DNA of 40,464 bases from a virus (lineage: Duplodnaviria; Heunggongvirae; Uroviricota; Caudoviricetes), in IMG/VR virus record IMGVR_UViG_3300028413_000003, positions 1-40,464 of that record; one strand, given 5' to 3'. The position numbers and the translations under genes were made by a program. The notes beneath the pieces were generated by a model. That model did no database searches and was not told where the DNA came from. It worked only from the letters and a program-made list of their open reading frames with translations. The first letter of the stretch is position 1; each line of letters begins with the position of its first letter. Below, in pieces: positions 1-9,159 of the stretch.

Positions 1-178
1 TATTATGAAGAGAACACGTAACGCACTAACCATTTTTAACAAACAAGGAACCCTGCAATGGTAAGAATTAGCTTAAATTTACCATTGCTTCAACAGATAG
101 TAATCAACAGACTTCGATTGATTAATTAATGATGCTCTATAATGCGATAAATACTTCTAGTAAGCTAGGAGCAACATA

Positions 179-1771
179 ATGGCAATAATTCAGATCTCAA
201 AGATTCAGCACAGACGCGGAAGAGCAGAGGGTATAGCATTGCCACAACTTGCGTCAGGTGAAATTGGGTGGGCAATCGATACACAAGAACTATATATCGG
301 TAATGGTAGTGTTAGCGAAGGTGCTCCGGCTGTTGGCAATACACGGATACTTACCGCAAGTACCGACATATTTAAACTAGCAGAGCAATACACTTACAAG
401 CCGCAGAGTAATTTTTGGAATGGTATGCCATTTGCAAGAAGCCTACAAAGCAAGCTAGATGACAAGGCAAATATTTTTGATTTCGGTGCAACTGGTGACG
501 GCACAGATCAAACAACTGCCATTCAAAGTGCAATTGATAAGCTTTATAAGAATGCTGCTGTATCCAACAGGGTTATACTTTGGATACCTGCTGGCAACTA
601 TACCATTACTTCACCTCTTGTAATTCCTCCGTATACCACACTCCGAGGCGCAGGCAAAGGCAAGACCGTGATACTAGCAGATAATTGTGATCTATTTACA
701 ACAACGCACTACGACCCATCTGATCCAAATGCACCGTCGCCTACTTCAAATACTCAAGCAAGATACATTGAAATATCCGAAATGAGTTTAGTAGTCAACT
801 CTGTTGATCATAAAGCAATGGTACTAAATTCTGTAAAACACAGTGTATTTAAAAATATACGCATTAACGGCGTGTTTCCTGAAAACAAAAACTTCCTCAC
901 TGCTGAATCAATCTATGGCGCTCACAGTGCAATTGAGTTGAATTCTTCAAATAACACAGTCATTTGTCAAAACAATGTATTTGATAATATAGAGATTGAC
1001 AGTTTCTATTATGGAGTGTACAGTGATTATGACACAATGCACAACAGTTTTTCGTTGTGTAGTTTTTATCTATTAAGCAATGCATTTAGATTTGGTAAGA
1101 ATACCAACATTGGTGCCATTGCTATGAAGTTTGGGCCAAAGTTTAATACCATTGAAAATTCTTACTTTGACAGAATTGACAAGGAAGCAATACGTCTTGA
1201 TTACGGAGATTACAATACAAGCAGACAAAACAGGTTCTTTAATGTTGGCAACTTTGGCGGACCCGAAGGACTAGATGCTGTGGCAATCATTGACTTCTCT
1301 TCTCATACAAATGTAGAGGATGGAGATTATTTTGAAAGATCCGATGCCTTGTCAACCAACACTGGTGTTTCATACGTGCCAGAGGTATCTGGTAGAGTCT
1401 TCTTCAAAGGGGCTTACTTGAACACAACCAGCATCGGAACTTTGCCAACCGATACTGAAATATTACAGTTCCCAGTTGTTGAGGGCACTATGTTTATAGA
1501 TTATGTTTACACCGAACGCACCGGAAGCACCGTAAATGTGTTAAGAGAAGGCACGATTGAAATTGTATGTGCTGCTGATGCAGATACACCAGAGATTATG
1601 ATAAACGACGAATTCAACTTCATTGGGGATGAATTGTTAGTGAATGCATTGAGTTTTGATGCTGGGTATACTGTTGACAACACAATAGTCACAGTTAACC
1701 TATTGGCCAAGAACACCAGGACTGTGGACACAGACAGTTTCCTTTACAATTTAAGAGTTAAAGCTAATTAA
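179..1771 (+). CDS. Virion structural/tail-fibre-like protein with a pectate-lyase-like beta-helix
   Basis: N-terminal MAIIQISKIQHRRG...LASGEIGWAIDTQELYIGNG resembles phage fibre attachment domains; DFGATGDG..DQTTAIQSAI..WIPAGNY is a pectate_lyase_3-type start. Confidence 0.6.
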   Translation: MAIIQISKIQHRRGRAEGIALPQLASGEIGWAIDTQELYIGNGSVSEGAPAVGNTRILTASTDIFKLAEQYTYKPQSNFWNGMPFARSLQSKLDDKANIFDFGATGDGTDQTTAIQSAIDKLYKNAAVSNRVILWIPAGNYTITSPLVIPPYTTLRGAGKGKTVILADNCDLFTTTHYDPSDPNAPSPTSNTQARYIEISEMSLVVNSVDHKAMVLNSVKHSVFKNIRINGVFPENKNFLTAESIYGAHSAIELNSSNNTVICQNNVFDNIEIDSFYYGVYSDYDTMHNSFSLCSFYLLSNAFRFGKNTNIGAIAMKFGPKFNTIENSYFDRIDKEAIRLDYGDYNTSRQNRFFNVGNFGGPEGLDAVAIIDFSSHTNVEDGDYFERSDALSTNTGVSYVPEVSGRVFFKGAYLNTTSIGTLPTDTEILQFPVVEGTMFIDYVYTERTGSTVNVLREGTIEIVCAADADTPEIMINDEFNFIGDELLVNALSFDAGYTVDNTIVTVNLLAKNTRTVDTDSFLYNLRVKAN

Positions 1772-2196
1772 TGTTTGAAAAAGATTACGTTGACCGTCTT
1801 CGTGAATGGTCAGCTTTTAGAAGTACGCTGGAGACATCGGCGTATCCTATTCAGGACGCCGTTGACTTCTACAATACTGCACCGCTGGTCGGCATATCTT
1901 GTGATCCGTATGCCGACAAGTTATGGCCAAACGCATGGGAACTGGTTTACGAAAATGTATACTGCGAGTTTTCCATTATTCTGGGAATATGCTACACTTT
2001 GCAGTTAACTAATCGCTTTTCGGAATCAGTTTTTGAGATATATATCTGTGCAGATAGAGCAAAGTCGGAGATAAAATATCTACTGTATGTTGACGACATG
2101 GTAATTGGTTACCATGCAGATTGTGCAGTAGACAGACAACAAATACCTGTGCATATCACAGTTGAAAAACAATTTACTCCACAAAAACTACAATAA
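1771..2196 (+). CDS. Hypothetical phage protein
   Basis: 141-aa ORF translationally coupled (TAATG) to the upstream gene. Confidence 0.6.
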   Translation: MFEKDYVDRLREWSAFRSTLETSAYPIQDAVDFYNTAPLVGISCDPYADKLWPNAWELVYENVYCEFSIILGICYTLQLTNRFSESVFEIYICADRAKSEIKYLLYVDDMVIGYHADCAVDRQQIPVHITVEKQFTPQKLQ

Positions 2197-2242
2197 ATAC
2201 CTAGCTGTTTTACAGTTACCGTACACATTTAAAGGAAAAAGA

Positions 2243-4306
2243 ATGATTCAAGTCACTAAGAGGAGTGGTTCGTTGGAGCCACTGGACATCGAAAAGTTGC
2301 ACAAAGTTGCATTTTACGCATGCGAAGGCATAACAGGAGTTAGTCCAAGCGAAGTTGAAATTAAAAGCAAGCTGGAGTTTTTCAATGGCATCAAAAGCAA
2401 AGAAATACAAGAAACATTGATCAAAGCAGCAGCAGATCTGATCACAGAAGAAACGCCAAACTATCAATATGTTGGAGGAAGACTCATCAACTACGGGTTG
2501 CGAAAAGAAGTATACGGCGGGTTTGATCCTTTTCATATTAAGAAATTGGTGGACTTGAACACCGCCCGCGGCTACTATGATCCAGAATTAAAAGATACTT
2601 ACACCAACGACGAATGGGATAAAATAGACAGTTTTATCAAACACGACCGTGACGAACAGTTAACTTATGTCGCAATGGAGCAGCTTAGAGGCAAGTACTT
2701 GGTGCAGAACAGAGTCACTGGAGAAATCTTTGAAACCCCACAAATGTGTTATGCATTGATTGCTGCTACCTTGTTCTCGTCGTATCCAAAAGAAACTCGA
2801 TTAACGTGGATTAAAGAATACTACGACGCAATCAGCCTCCACGACATCAGTCTTCCTACGCCAGTTATGGCAGGTGTGCGCACACCACAACGTCAATTCA
2901 GTAGTTGTGTGCTTATTGAAACAGATGACAGCCTTGACAGCATCAGCGCTACTTCTGCGTCGATTGTCAAGTATGTGAGTCAAAAAGCAGGCATCGGCAT
3001 TGGCGCAGGGAACATCCGCGCCATTAACTCGCCAATACGCAAAGGCGATGCATATCACACTGGTATCATTCCATTCTACAAGCATTTCCAGTCAGCAGTT
3101 AAAAGTTGTTGTCTAACTCCGGATACAATTGTTGAAATAATTAACGAAGACGGGCTAGAAACAAAAAAAATCCGCATTGCAGATCTTACTACTGGAATGA
3201 AAATTAAATCCTACGAAGACGGCAAGATTGTATACCGAAAAGTTATTAACAAATGGGATACGCTGGTAACAGAAGATCAGCAGGTTAGGCTGGAATTTAC
3301 AAACGGAACAGTGATAAATTGTAGTATAAATCATCCAATTATGATTCTAGACAACAATGTCGTAACACAAAAGTATCCTCAGGAACTTACAGAATACAAC
3401 AATATTATTTCAGAAAATGGCACTGTATATCTATATTCGATTACAGTCGGTCAACAAAATCCAACAGGATACGTTGACATTACAGTGGAAGACACCAATA
3501 CGTTTTTTGCAAGTTCGTTGATGTCTGACTCAATGGTGTTAACTCACAACAGTCAAGGTGGTGTACGCGGCGGCGCCGCTACTATCTATTATCCAATATG
3601 GCATCTAGAAGCAGAAGAATTGCTGGTGTTGAAAAACAACAAAGGAACTGAAGAAAACCGTATCCGTCACATGGACTACGGAGTACAGTTCAACAAGCTG
3701 ATGTACGAAAGATTAATCACAGGCGGCAACATAACACTATTCTCACCCAGCGACGTACCCGGGTTGTATGAAGCATTTTTTGCAGACCAAGACAAGTTCC
3801 GCGAACTATATGAAAAAGCAGAACGCACTACAAAACTACGCAAGAAAACTGTTAAAGCAAGCGAACTATTCAGTAAGTTTATGGAAGAGCGCAAGTCCAC
3901 AGGTAGAATCTATCTGCAGAATGTTGACAATGCAAACGACCATGGAAGTTTTATTCCGGAGTTTGCTCCTATCCGCCAGAGTAACTTATGTCTAACAGGC
4001 GACACTAAGATTGAAGTAATATTCAATAATGAAAAATTAATTATTAATCTCGACGAAATCGGAACGTTAATGGTTCAGGACGAAGATCTGTTAGTTAAAT
4101 CTTACAATATACTTGATAATAAAACAGAGTATAAAAAGGTTGAAGCATTTGCAAAGACCAACCCGGATGCAGAAGTTATTAGTATCTTTGACGAAGATTC
4201 CGGAAAGACTATAGAATGCACACCTGAGCATAAAATTTATACATTGAACCGAGGGTATGTAGAAGCGCAAGAATTAACGGAAACTGACAGACTTTTAATA
4301 TCGTAA
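2243..4306 (+). CDS. nrdA: Class Ia RNR alpha subunit, fragment a (ATP cone, first redox Cys, cis intein, split-intein N part)
   Basis: MIQVTKRSG ATP cone, TPQRQFSSCVL, SQGGVRGGAA, IRQSNL; start moved to ATG 2243 after AAGGA. Confidence 0.95.
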   Translation: MIQVTKRSGSLEPLDIEKLHKVAFYACEGITGVSPSEVEIKSKLEFFNGIKSKEIQETLIKAAADLITEETPNYQYVGGRLINYGLRKEVYGGFDPFHIKKLVDLNTARGYYDPELKDTYTNDEWDKIDSFIKHDRDEQLTYVAMEQLRGKYLVQNRVTGEIFETPQMCYALIAATLFSSYPKETRLTWIKEYYDAISLHDISLPTPVMAGVRTPQRQFSSCVLIETDDSLDSISATSASIVKYVSQKAGIGIGAGNIRAINSPIRKGDAYHTGIIPFYKHFQSAVKSCCLTPDTIVEIINEDGLETKKIRIADLTTGMKIKSYEDGKIVYRKVINKWDTLVTEDQQVRLEFTNGTVINCSINHPIMILDNNVVTQKYPQELTEYNNIISENGTVYLYSITVGQQNPTGYVDITVEDTNTFFASSLMSDSMVLTHNSQGGVRGGAATIYYPIWHLEAEELLVLKNNKGTEENRIRHMDYGVQFNKLMYERLITGGNITLFSPSDVPGLYEAFFADQDKFRELYEKAERTTKLRKKTVKASELFSKFMEERKSTGRIYLQNVDNANDHGSFIPEFAPIRQSNLCLTGDTKIEVIFNNEKLIINLDEIGTLMVQDEDLLVKSYNILDNKTEYKKVEAFAKTNPDAEVISIFDEDSGKTIECTPEHKIYTLNRGYVEAQELTETDRLLIS
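3110..3550 (+). mobile_element. Contiguous mini-intein (147 aa, no endonuclease) in nrdA
   Basis: KSC|CLTPD...VLTHN|SQGG; removal restores the conserved KSCSQGG. Confidence 0.9.
3989..4303 (+). mobile_element. Split intein 1, N part (105 aa)
   Basis: QSNL|CLTGDTKI...CTPEHKIYTLNRGYVEA..L..TD.LLIS-stop; block A and block B (TxxH) present, no block G. Confidence 0.9.
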
Positions 4307-4370
4307 CTAAATTAATCTCCGTATCGAATATAAACAAAAAATCTCCAATATACTCAAGGAAAAAAAATAA

Positions 4371-4670
4371 ATGCTAAAAATTACAAGACAAAATAAAAGA
4401 GAAGCAGTGTACGATATCACAGTGTTGGGCAATGAAAATTTCTTTGCAAACGGAATACTAGTACACAATTGTGCCGAAATTACTTTACCCACCAAGCCGC
4501 TGAAAGATCTCAATGACGGCGCTCACCGACGTAAAATAAGAATTCCCAAAAACAAATATAATGAATATTTAGAATATAAAAAGTCAGTAGATGGCATTTT
4601 ACGATTAGACAAAGAGAAATTTAATGGCAAAAAAGTACATAAGGTAGCAAGGAATAACAATGGAAAATAA
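4371..4670 (+). CDS. nrdA: NrdA fragment b: split intein 1 C part (33 aa), CAEITLPTKPLKDLND with the catalytic Cys/Glu, and a basic tail
   Basis: VYDITV..NENFFANGILVHN|CAEI; AAGGA upstream. Confidence 0.9.
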   Translation: MLKITRQNKREAVYDITVLGNENFFANGILVHNCAEITLPTKPLKDLNDGAHRRKIRIPKNKYNEYLEYKKSVDGILRLDKEKFNGKKVHKVARNNNGK

Positions 4671-5613
4671 TTGGTTATATGAAGTAGTAGAAAACGAAAA
4701 CAATATTCGAGAAGATGAAGAATACATATATGTAGACGAAATGGTAGAAGACTATGACGGTGCTGCTATCAGCTTGTGTACGCTCTCAGCAATTAATTGG
4801 GGCAATATTAAGACTCCTGCTGATTTTGAAAGAGTTTGTCGCCTTGCAGTACGTGGACTGGACGCACTACTAAGCTATCAACATTATCCAATTCTAGCTG
4901 CACAACTATCAACCGACAAGCGTCGACCACTTGGAGTTGGTATTATCAACTTTGCATATTGGCTTGCTAAAAACAATCTCAATTACCAAGACATTGACAG
5001 CGACGGACTTGCATTAATTGACGAATGGGCAGAAGCCTGGAGTTTCTATCTCATCAAAGCCAGCGCAGACCTAGCAACAGAATTTGGCGCGCCTACCGGA
5101 AACATGGAAACTAAGTACGGACACGGTATTACCCCTAACCAGACATACAAGAAAGATTTGGATCAACTAATTCCACATGTTGAACGTATGGACTGGCAAG
5201 GACTGAGAACGCAGCTTAAAGACACGGGCATAAGAAACTCTACACTAATGGCCCTTATGCCCGCCGAATGTCAAAGCTTGGCAAATGAAATGAGGCTAAA
5301 AGATGGAACAGTTGTAACGCTCGCCGAAGTTATTCAAGATTACGGAAAAATTGATATTAACACTGTTCACGAAAAATTCATGATAGGTCAGAGATTTCCA
5401 TTCCTTAAACCAGTTGAATTGTCAGATAGTATAGCATATGAATGTTATTATAATGGCCCTCAATCTGTTACAGAAATTGAATTAGAAGACGGATCAGTAT
5501 ATAAATTTACTAATAATCACAAACTTCTTGTATTACGAAATAACATAAAAGAATGGATTGAAGTTAAAGATTTATTAGAAGATGACGATATTGTTAGCGT
5601 TAATGATAAATGA
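4660..5613 (+). CDS. nrdA: NrdA fragment c: acidic tail, catalytic core (SLCTLSAINWG, RPLGVG, RNSTLMALMPAE) and split intein 2 N part (5269-5610)
   Basis: RNR core motifs followed by CQSLANE...FTNNHKLLV...DLLEDDDIV-stop; AAGGA at 4649-4653. Confidence 0.9.
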   Translation: MENNWLYEVVENENNIREDEEYIYVDEMVEDYDGAAISLCTLSAINWGNIKTPADFERVCRLAVRGLDALLSYQHYPILAAQLSTDKRRPLGVGIINFAYWLAKNNLNYQDIDSDGLALIDEWAEAWSFYLIKASADLATEFGAPTGNMETKYGHGITPNQTYKKDLDQLIPHVERMDWQGLRTQLKDTGIRNSTLMALMPAECQSLANEMRLKDGTVVTLAEVIQDYGKIDINTVHEKFMIGQRFPFLKPVELSDSIAYECYYNGPQSVTEIELEDGSVYKFTNNHKLLVLRNNIKEWIEVKDLLEDDDIVSVNDK

Positions 5614-5766
5614 CTAGATCATAAATTTTCAATATCTCGAGGATTTATTGAAGGAATTAATCCTGCGCTATTAGGAAGCTTGCAAAATTTAGAATTTATT
5701 CCCTGGGAAGATAACGTGTCAAAACAAGGAAAATGTTCAATTACAAAAGAGGAATTATTAAAATGA
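5614..5766 (+). pseudogene. C-terminal remnant of an HNH-type homing endonuclease between the halves of split intein 2
   Basis: In frame after TGA 5611-5613: LDHKFSISRGFIEGINPALLGSLQNLEFIPWEDNVSKQGKCSITKEELLK. Confidence 0.65.
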
Positions 5767-6314
5767 AAATTAAACGTATTACAAGAGACGCAGGAACAGA
5801 ACACACTTGGGATGTTTCAACTGACAACGAAACTTATACCTTGTCAAATGGATGCATTAGTCATAACACTAGTGCGCAAATTGCAAATGCAACAAATGGC
5901 ATCGAGCCGCCGCGTGCATTTATTAGTGTAAAGCAAAGCAAGCACGGAGTACTAAAGCAAGTAGTACCGGAATACAAGCGCCTTAAAAACAAGTACGATC
6001 TGCTCTGGACACAAAAGTCGCCCGAAGGATATCTAAAAATTATGTCTGTGCTACAAAAGTACATAGACCAAGGCATCAGTGTTAACACCAGCTACAATCC
6101 TGAGTTTTACGAAGATGAAAAGATTCCAATGAGTGTAATGCTGCAACACATGGTGATGTTCTACAAATATGGCGGCAAGCAGCTTTATTATTTCCAAACA
6201 AACGATGGTCAAGGAGAACTTGACGTTAACAAGATGCTAGGTGAAGAAGACTTGCCAGAACTCGAGCAAGTTGATGCAGATGACGACTCAGATTGCGAAT
6301 CCTGCAAGCTTTGA
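5763..6314 (+). CDS. nrdA: NrdA fragment d: split intein 2 C part (35 aa) plus C-terminal extein with the CxxC swinging arm
   Basis: TWDVST...SHN|TSAQIANATNGIEPPR, GGKQLYY, CESCKL; AGAGGA RBS, ATGA overlap. Confidence 0.92.
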   Translation: MKIKRITRDAGTEHTWDVSTDNETYTLSNGCISHNTSAQIANATNGIEPPRAFISVKQSKHGVLKQVVPEYKRLKNKYDLLWTQKSPEGYLKIMSVLQKYIDQGISVNTSYNPEFYEDEKIPMSVMLQHMVMFYKYGGKQLYYFQTNDGQGELDVNKMLGEEDLPELEQVDADDDSDCESCKL

Positions 6315-6331
6315 TCCACACTATATAACCA

Positions 6332-6360
6332 TTGACACGCCCAACGGGGCGTGTTACACT
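6332..6360 (+). promoter_or_regulatory. sigma70-type promoter for nrdB with a palindromic spacer
   Basis: TTGACA-N17-TACACT; ACACGCCC/GGGCGTGT inverted repeat at 6335-6354. Confidence 0.6.
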
Positions 6361-6384
6361 CGTAGATACAACAGAGGATATTCA

Positions 6385-7515
6385 ATGAGCGTTTTTGACA
6401 TAAACAACAAAGTCGACCACACTAAAGTAACAGCATTTTTAGACCCAAGTGGTGGCCCAACTATACAACGATACGACACACTAAAATACAAACAATTTGA
6501 GCAGTTAACTGAAAAACAGCTTGGATTCTTTTGGAGACCAGAAGAAATTGATGTCACACAAGATTCAAAAGACTTCAAAGATTTAACTGACCACGAACAG
6601 CACATCTTTACTAGCAATCTCAAGCGCCAAATTCTTTTGGACAGTGTGCAAGGGCGCGCACCTATGGAAGCATTTAGCCCAATTGTAAGCTTGCCGGAGA
6701 TTGAAAACTGGATCACCACATGGACGTTCTCTGAAACAATTCACAGCCGCAGCTACACGCACATCATACGCAATATCTACACAAATCCTAGTAAGATCTT
6801 TGACGAGTTGCTGGACATCAAAGAGATTGTCGAATGCGCAGAAGACATCTCCAAGTATTATGATAATTTGATTGAAATGTCTTCGTATTACAATCTTCTA
6901 GGCGTGGGCACGCATACAGTCAACGGCAAAAAAGTTGTTGTGGACTTGTACGAACTTAAGAAGCTGTTGTGGCTAACACTAATGAGTGTGAACATCCTCG
7001 AAGGCGTAAGATTTTACGTTAGCTTTGCATGCAGCTGGGCATTTGCTGAAATCAAGAAGATGGACGGCAATGCCCAAATCATCAAGCTTATTGCACGTGA
7101 TGAAAACTTGCACCTTGCCTCGACCCAGATGTTGCTGAAAATCCTTAAGAAAGACGATCCAGACTTTGCAAAAATTGCAGAAGAAACAGAAGACGAATGT
7201 GTGCAAATGTTTGTTGATGCAGTTGATCAAGAAAAAGCATGGGCCGATTATCTGTTCAAGGATGGATCAATGCTGGGTATCAATAGAGAGCTGCTGGACA
7301 ACTATATTGAGTGGATTTGTGCCAAGCGTATGCAAAACGTATATTTGCCGTGTCCATACAAAACCCCGAGAGATAATCCATTACCGTGGACACAAAAGTG
7401 GATCAGTGGGGCAGACGTACAAGTGGCTCCACAAGAAACACAAATTACCAGTTATGTCAACGGCGGCACCAAGCGCGATGTTGACGGTGACACTTTCAAA
7501 GGCCTGAGCTTGTGA
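6385..7515 (+). CDS. nrdB: Class Ia RNR beta subunit
   Basis: FFWRPEEID, ETIHSRSYT, EGVRFYVSF, RDENLH, VAPQE; AGAGGA before ATG 6385. Confidence 0.97.
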   Translation: MSVFDINNKVDHTKVTAFLDPSGGPTIQRYDTLKYKQFEQLTEKQLGFFWRPEEIDVTQDSKDFKDLTDHEQHIFTSNLKRQILLDSVQGRAPMEAFSPIVSLPEIENWITTWTFSETIHSRSYTHIIRNIYTNPSKIFDELLDIKEIVECAEDISKYYDNLIEMSSYYNLLGVGTHTVNGKKVVVDLYELKKLLWLTLMSVNILEGVRFYVSFACSWAFAEIKKMDGNAQIIKLIARDENLHLASTQMLLKILKKDDPDFAKIAEETEDECVQMFVDAVDQEKAWADYLFKDGSMLGINRELLDNYIEWICAKRMQNVYLPCPYKTPRDNPLPWTQKWISGADVQVAPQETQITSYVNGGTKRDVDGDTFKGLSL

Positions 7516-7769
7516 ACACTGTTATATGGACCAAAGACAGTTGTGATTTTTGCGTTAAAGCAAAATCTATGCTGACAAGCAAAGGCATCGAGTTCGAAGA
7601 GAGAAATCTTTCTAGCAATGTATGGAATAAGGAGCAGCTATTAGAAGCTGCTCCTACTGCAAAAACAGTGCCACAAATATGGCTTTACGGAAAGTACGTA
7701 GGCGGCCACGACAACCTATGTAGGTATTTTGACGACCACAATATGTGGACAGGCGATTGCGAACTTTAA
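7512..7769 (+). CDS. Glutaredoxin (CDFC)
   Basis: CxxC, TVPQIW..GKYVGG. Confidence 0.9.
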   Translation: MNTVIWTKDSCDFCVKAKSMLTSKGIEFEERNLSSNVWNKEQLLEAAPTAKTVPQIWLYGKYVGGHDNLCRYFDDHNMWTGDCEL

Positions 7770-7795
7770 CAACATAAATTATAAAGGAAATATAA

Positions 7796-8086
7796 ATGAT
7801 TATTGAAATCCCAGTATCTTCGGGCGATATTGTTACTATTAAGATGACCACAGGCGACGAAATTATTGCTCGCTTATTAGAGGTAAGCGAGACACAGTAC
7901 ATTGTTGCCAAGCCGCAAGCATTGATGGCAACTGAAAACGGCATGGGCCTTGGACCATTTGCATTCACAGTCAGTCCCGAAACAAAGATACCAATTAATC
8001 GAGCTACTGTTGTGTTTTGTGTCAAAACAGACCCCGACACAGCCAAAACTTACATCGGAAGCACTAGTTCGCTGGCGGCGATATAA
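7796..8086 (+). CDS. Hypothetical protein, possibly Sm-like fold
   Basis: GDIVTIKMTTGDEIIARL pattern; AAGGA RBS. Confidence 0.6.
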   Translation: MIIEIPVSSGDIVTIKMTTGDEIIARLLEVSETQYIVAKPQALMATENGMGLGPFAFTVSPETKIPINRATVVFCVKTDPDTAKTYIGSTSSLAAI

Positions 8087-8536
8087 ATGGCAACTGTATT
8101 AACAACACAAATAATTACTAACGATAATTCATCCGAAGAGCTAGTAGTAGTAATCGGCGAAGATGCAGCACTGCAAAGCAGTTCTATTGCAATTGATTAT
8201 TCAGCTAAACTTACTCGACTAGCTGATGCATTTGATTTACACAACAGCTATCTTGTACAAATAAAAGACGACGTTGAACGACTTAGGTATCTTTCTGACC
8301 CTGACAGTGTTGATAACGGAGACGAAAATCACGGCACTGGTTTGAGAGTCTCTCAACCGTATGGTATAATAAATTCTGCATTGCTACATGGGTCTTTGGT
8401 AAAAGCGGCTACTGCTCTTGATTTGGACAACGCCATCAATAATACAGATGCAACCAGAGAAGCTTCTGCAATATCTGCACTCGAAGCACTTTTACAACAG
8501 TTACGAAACTCTGCATTTTTTCAAGATAATAAGTAA
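8087..8536 (+). CDS. Hypothetical protein
   Basis: 149-aa ORF abutting the previous gene. Confidence 0.6.
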   Translation: MATVLTTQIITNDNSSEELVVVIGEDAALQSSSIAIDYSAKLTRLADAFDLHNSYLVQIKDDVERLRYLSDPDSVDNGDENHGTGLRVSQPYGIINSALLHGSLVKAATALDLDNAINNTDATREASAISALEALLQQLRNSAFFQDNK

Positions 8537-8565
8537 TTGACACTGTGCTGCTTATATGCTATAGT
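8537..8565 (+). promoter_or_regulatory. sigma70-type promoter
   Basis: TTGACA-N17-TATAGT with TG extension. Confidence 0.75.
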
Positions 8566-8586
8566 TTAGTATAGAGAGGAAAAATC

Positions 8587-9159
8587 ATGAAAATATTAAC
8601 AGATTGTGACGGAGTGTGGCTAAATTGGATATGGCCTTTCCACAAACACATGCACAACCTGGGCCATTGTCGAAGTAACAGTACTTCTTACGACATGCAA
8701 GTTAGTTATCCGGAATTGCAACGAGAAGAAATCCAACAAGCAGTTTTGGATTTCAATAACAGCGACAATATTAGTCGATTGCCTGCATTTAGAGATGCAG
8801 TTACTGGAGTCAAACGGTTGCTGGAAGCAGGCTACACGTTTGACATGATAACCAGTCTCAGTGATCAGGTGTCGGCAAAAGAATTCCGACAACAAAATAT
8901 CGATACTGTGTTTGGTACTAATTGTGTTGAACAACTTATTTCAATAGCCTGCGGAGCCGATAAGGACGAGGAACTGGTCAAGTATGAAGGTACTGGGCTT
9001 TGGTGGATCGAAGACAAGCCCGAAAACTGTGATGCTGGGTTAAAATACGGATTGCGGCCAATTCTCATTGACGATCCAACTAATCAGTGGTATAACAACA
9101 ATAATGTAATTAGAGTGTCCAACTGGGAAGAGTTGTGCGGAGTAATACTAAGTGAGTGA
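8587..9159 (+). CDS. HAD-family 5'(3')-deoxyribonucleotidase-like protein
   Basis: ILTDCDGV motif I; WIEDKPEN motif. Confidence 0.8.
   Translation: MKILTDCDGVWLNWIWPFHKHMHNLGHCRSNSTSYDMQVSYPELQREEIQQAVLDFNNSDNISRLPAFRDAVTGVKRLLEAGYTFDMITSLSDQVSAKEFRQQNIDTVFGTNCVEQLISIACGADKDEELVKYEGTGLWWIEDKPENCDAGLKYGLRPILIDDPTNQWYNNNNVIRVSNWEELCGVILSE

Noticed and set aside
2162-2242. Extended N-terminus of nrdA from the ORF track (similar extensions for nrdB, porin and tdk)
   Set aside because: RBS position and family N-termini support the downstream ATGs.
4524-4764. T4 gene 60-type translational bypassing across the nrdA insert
   Set aside because: No stop codon follows the putative take-off codon, and the downstream ORF has its own RBS and ATG.
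6317-6332. NrdR box upstream of nrdB (ACACTATATAACCATT)
   Set aside because: Only the left half matches the palindromic consensus as I recall it.
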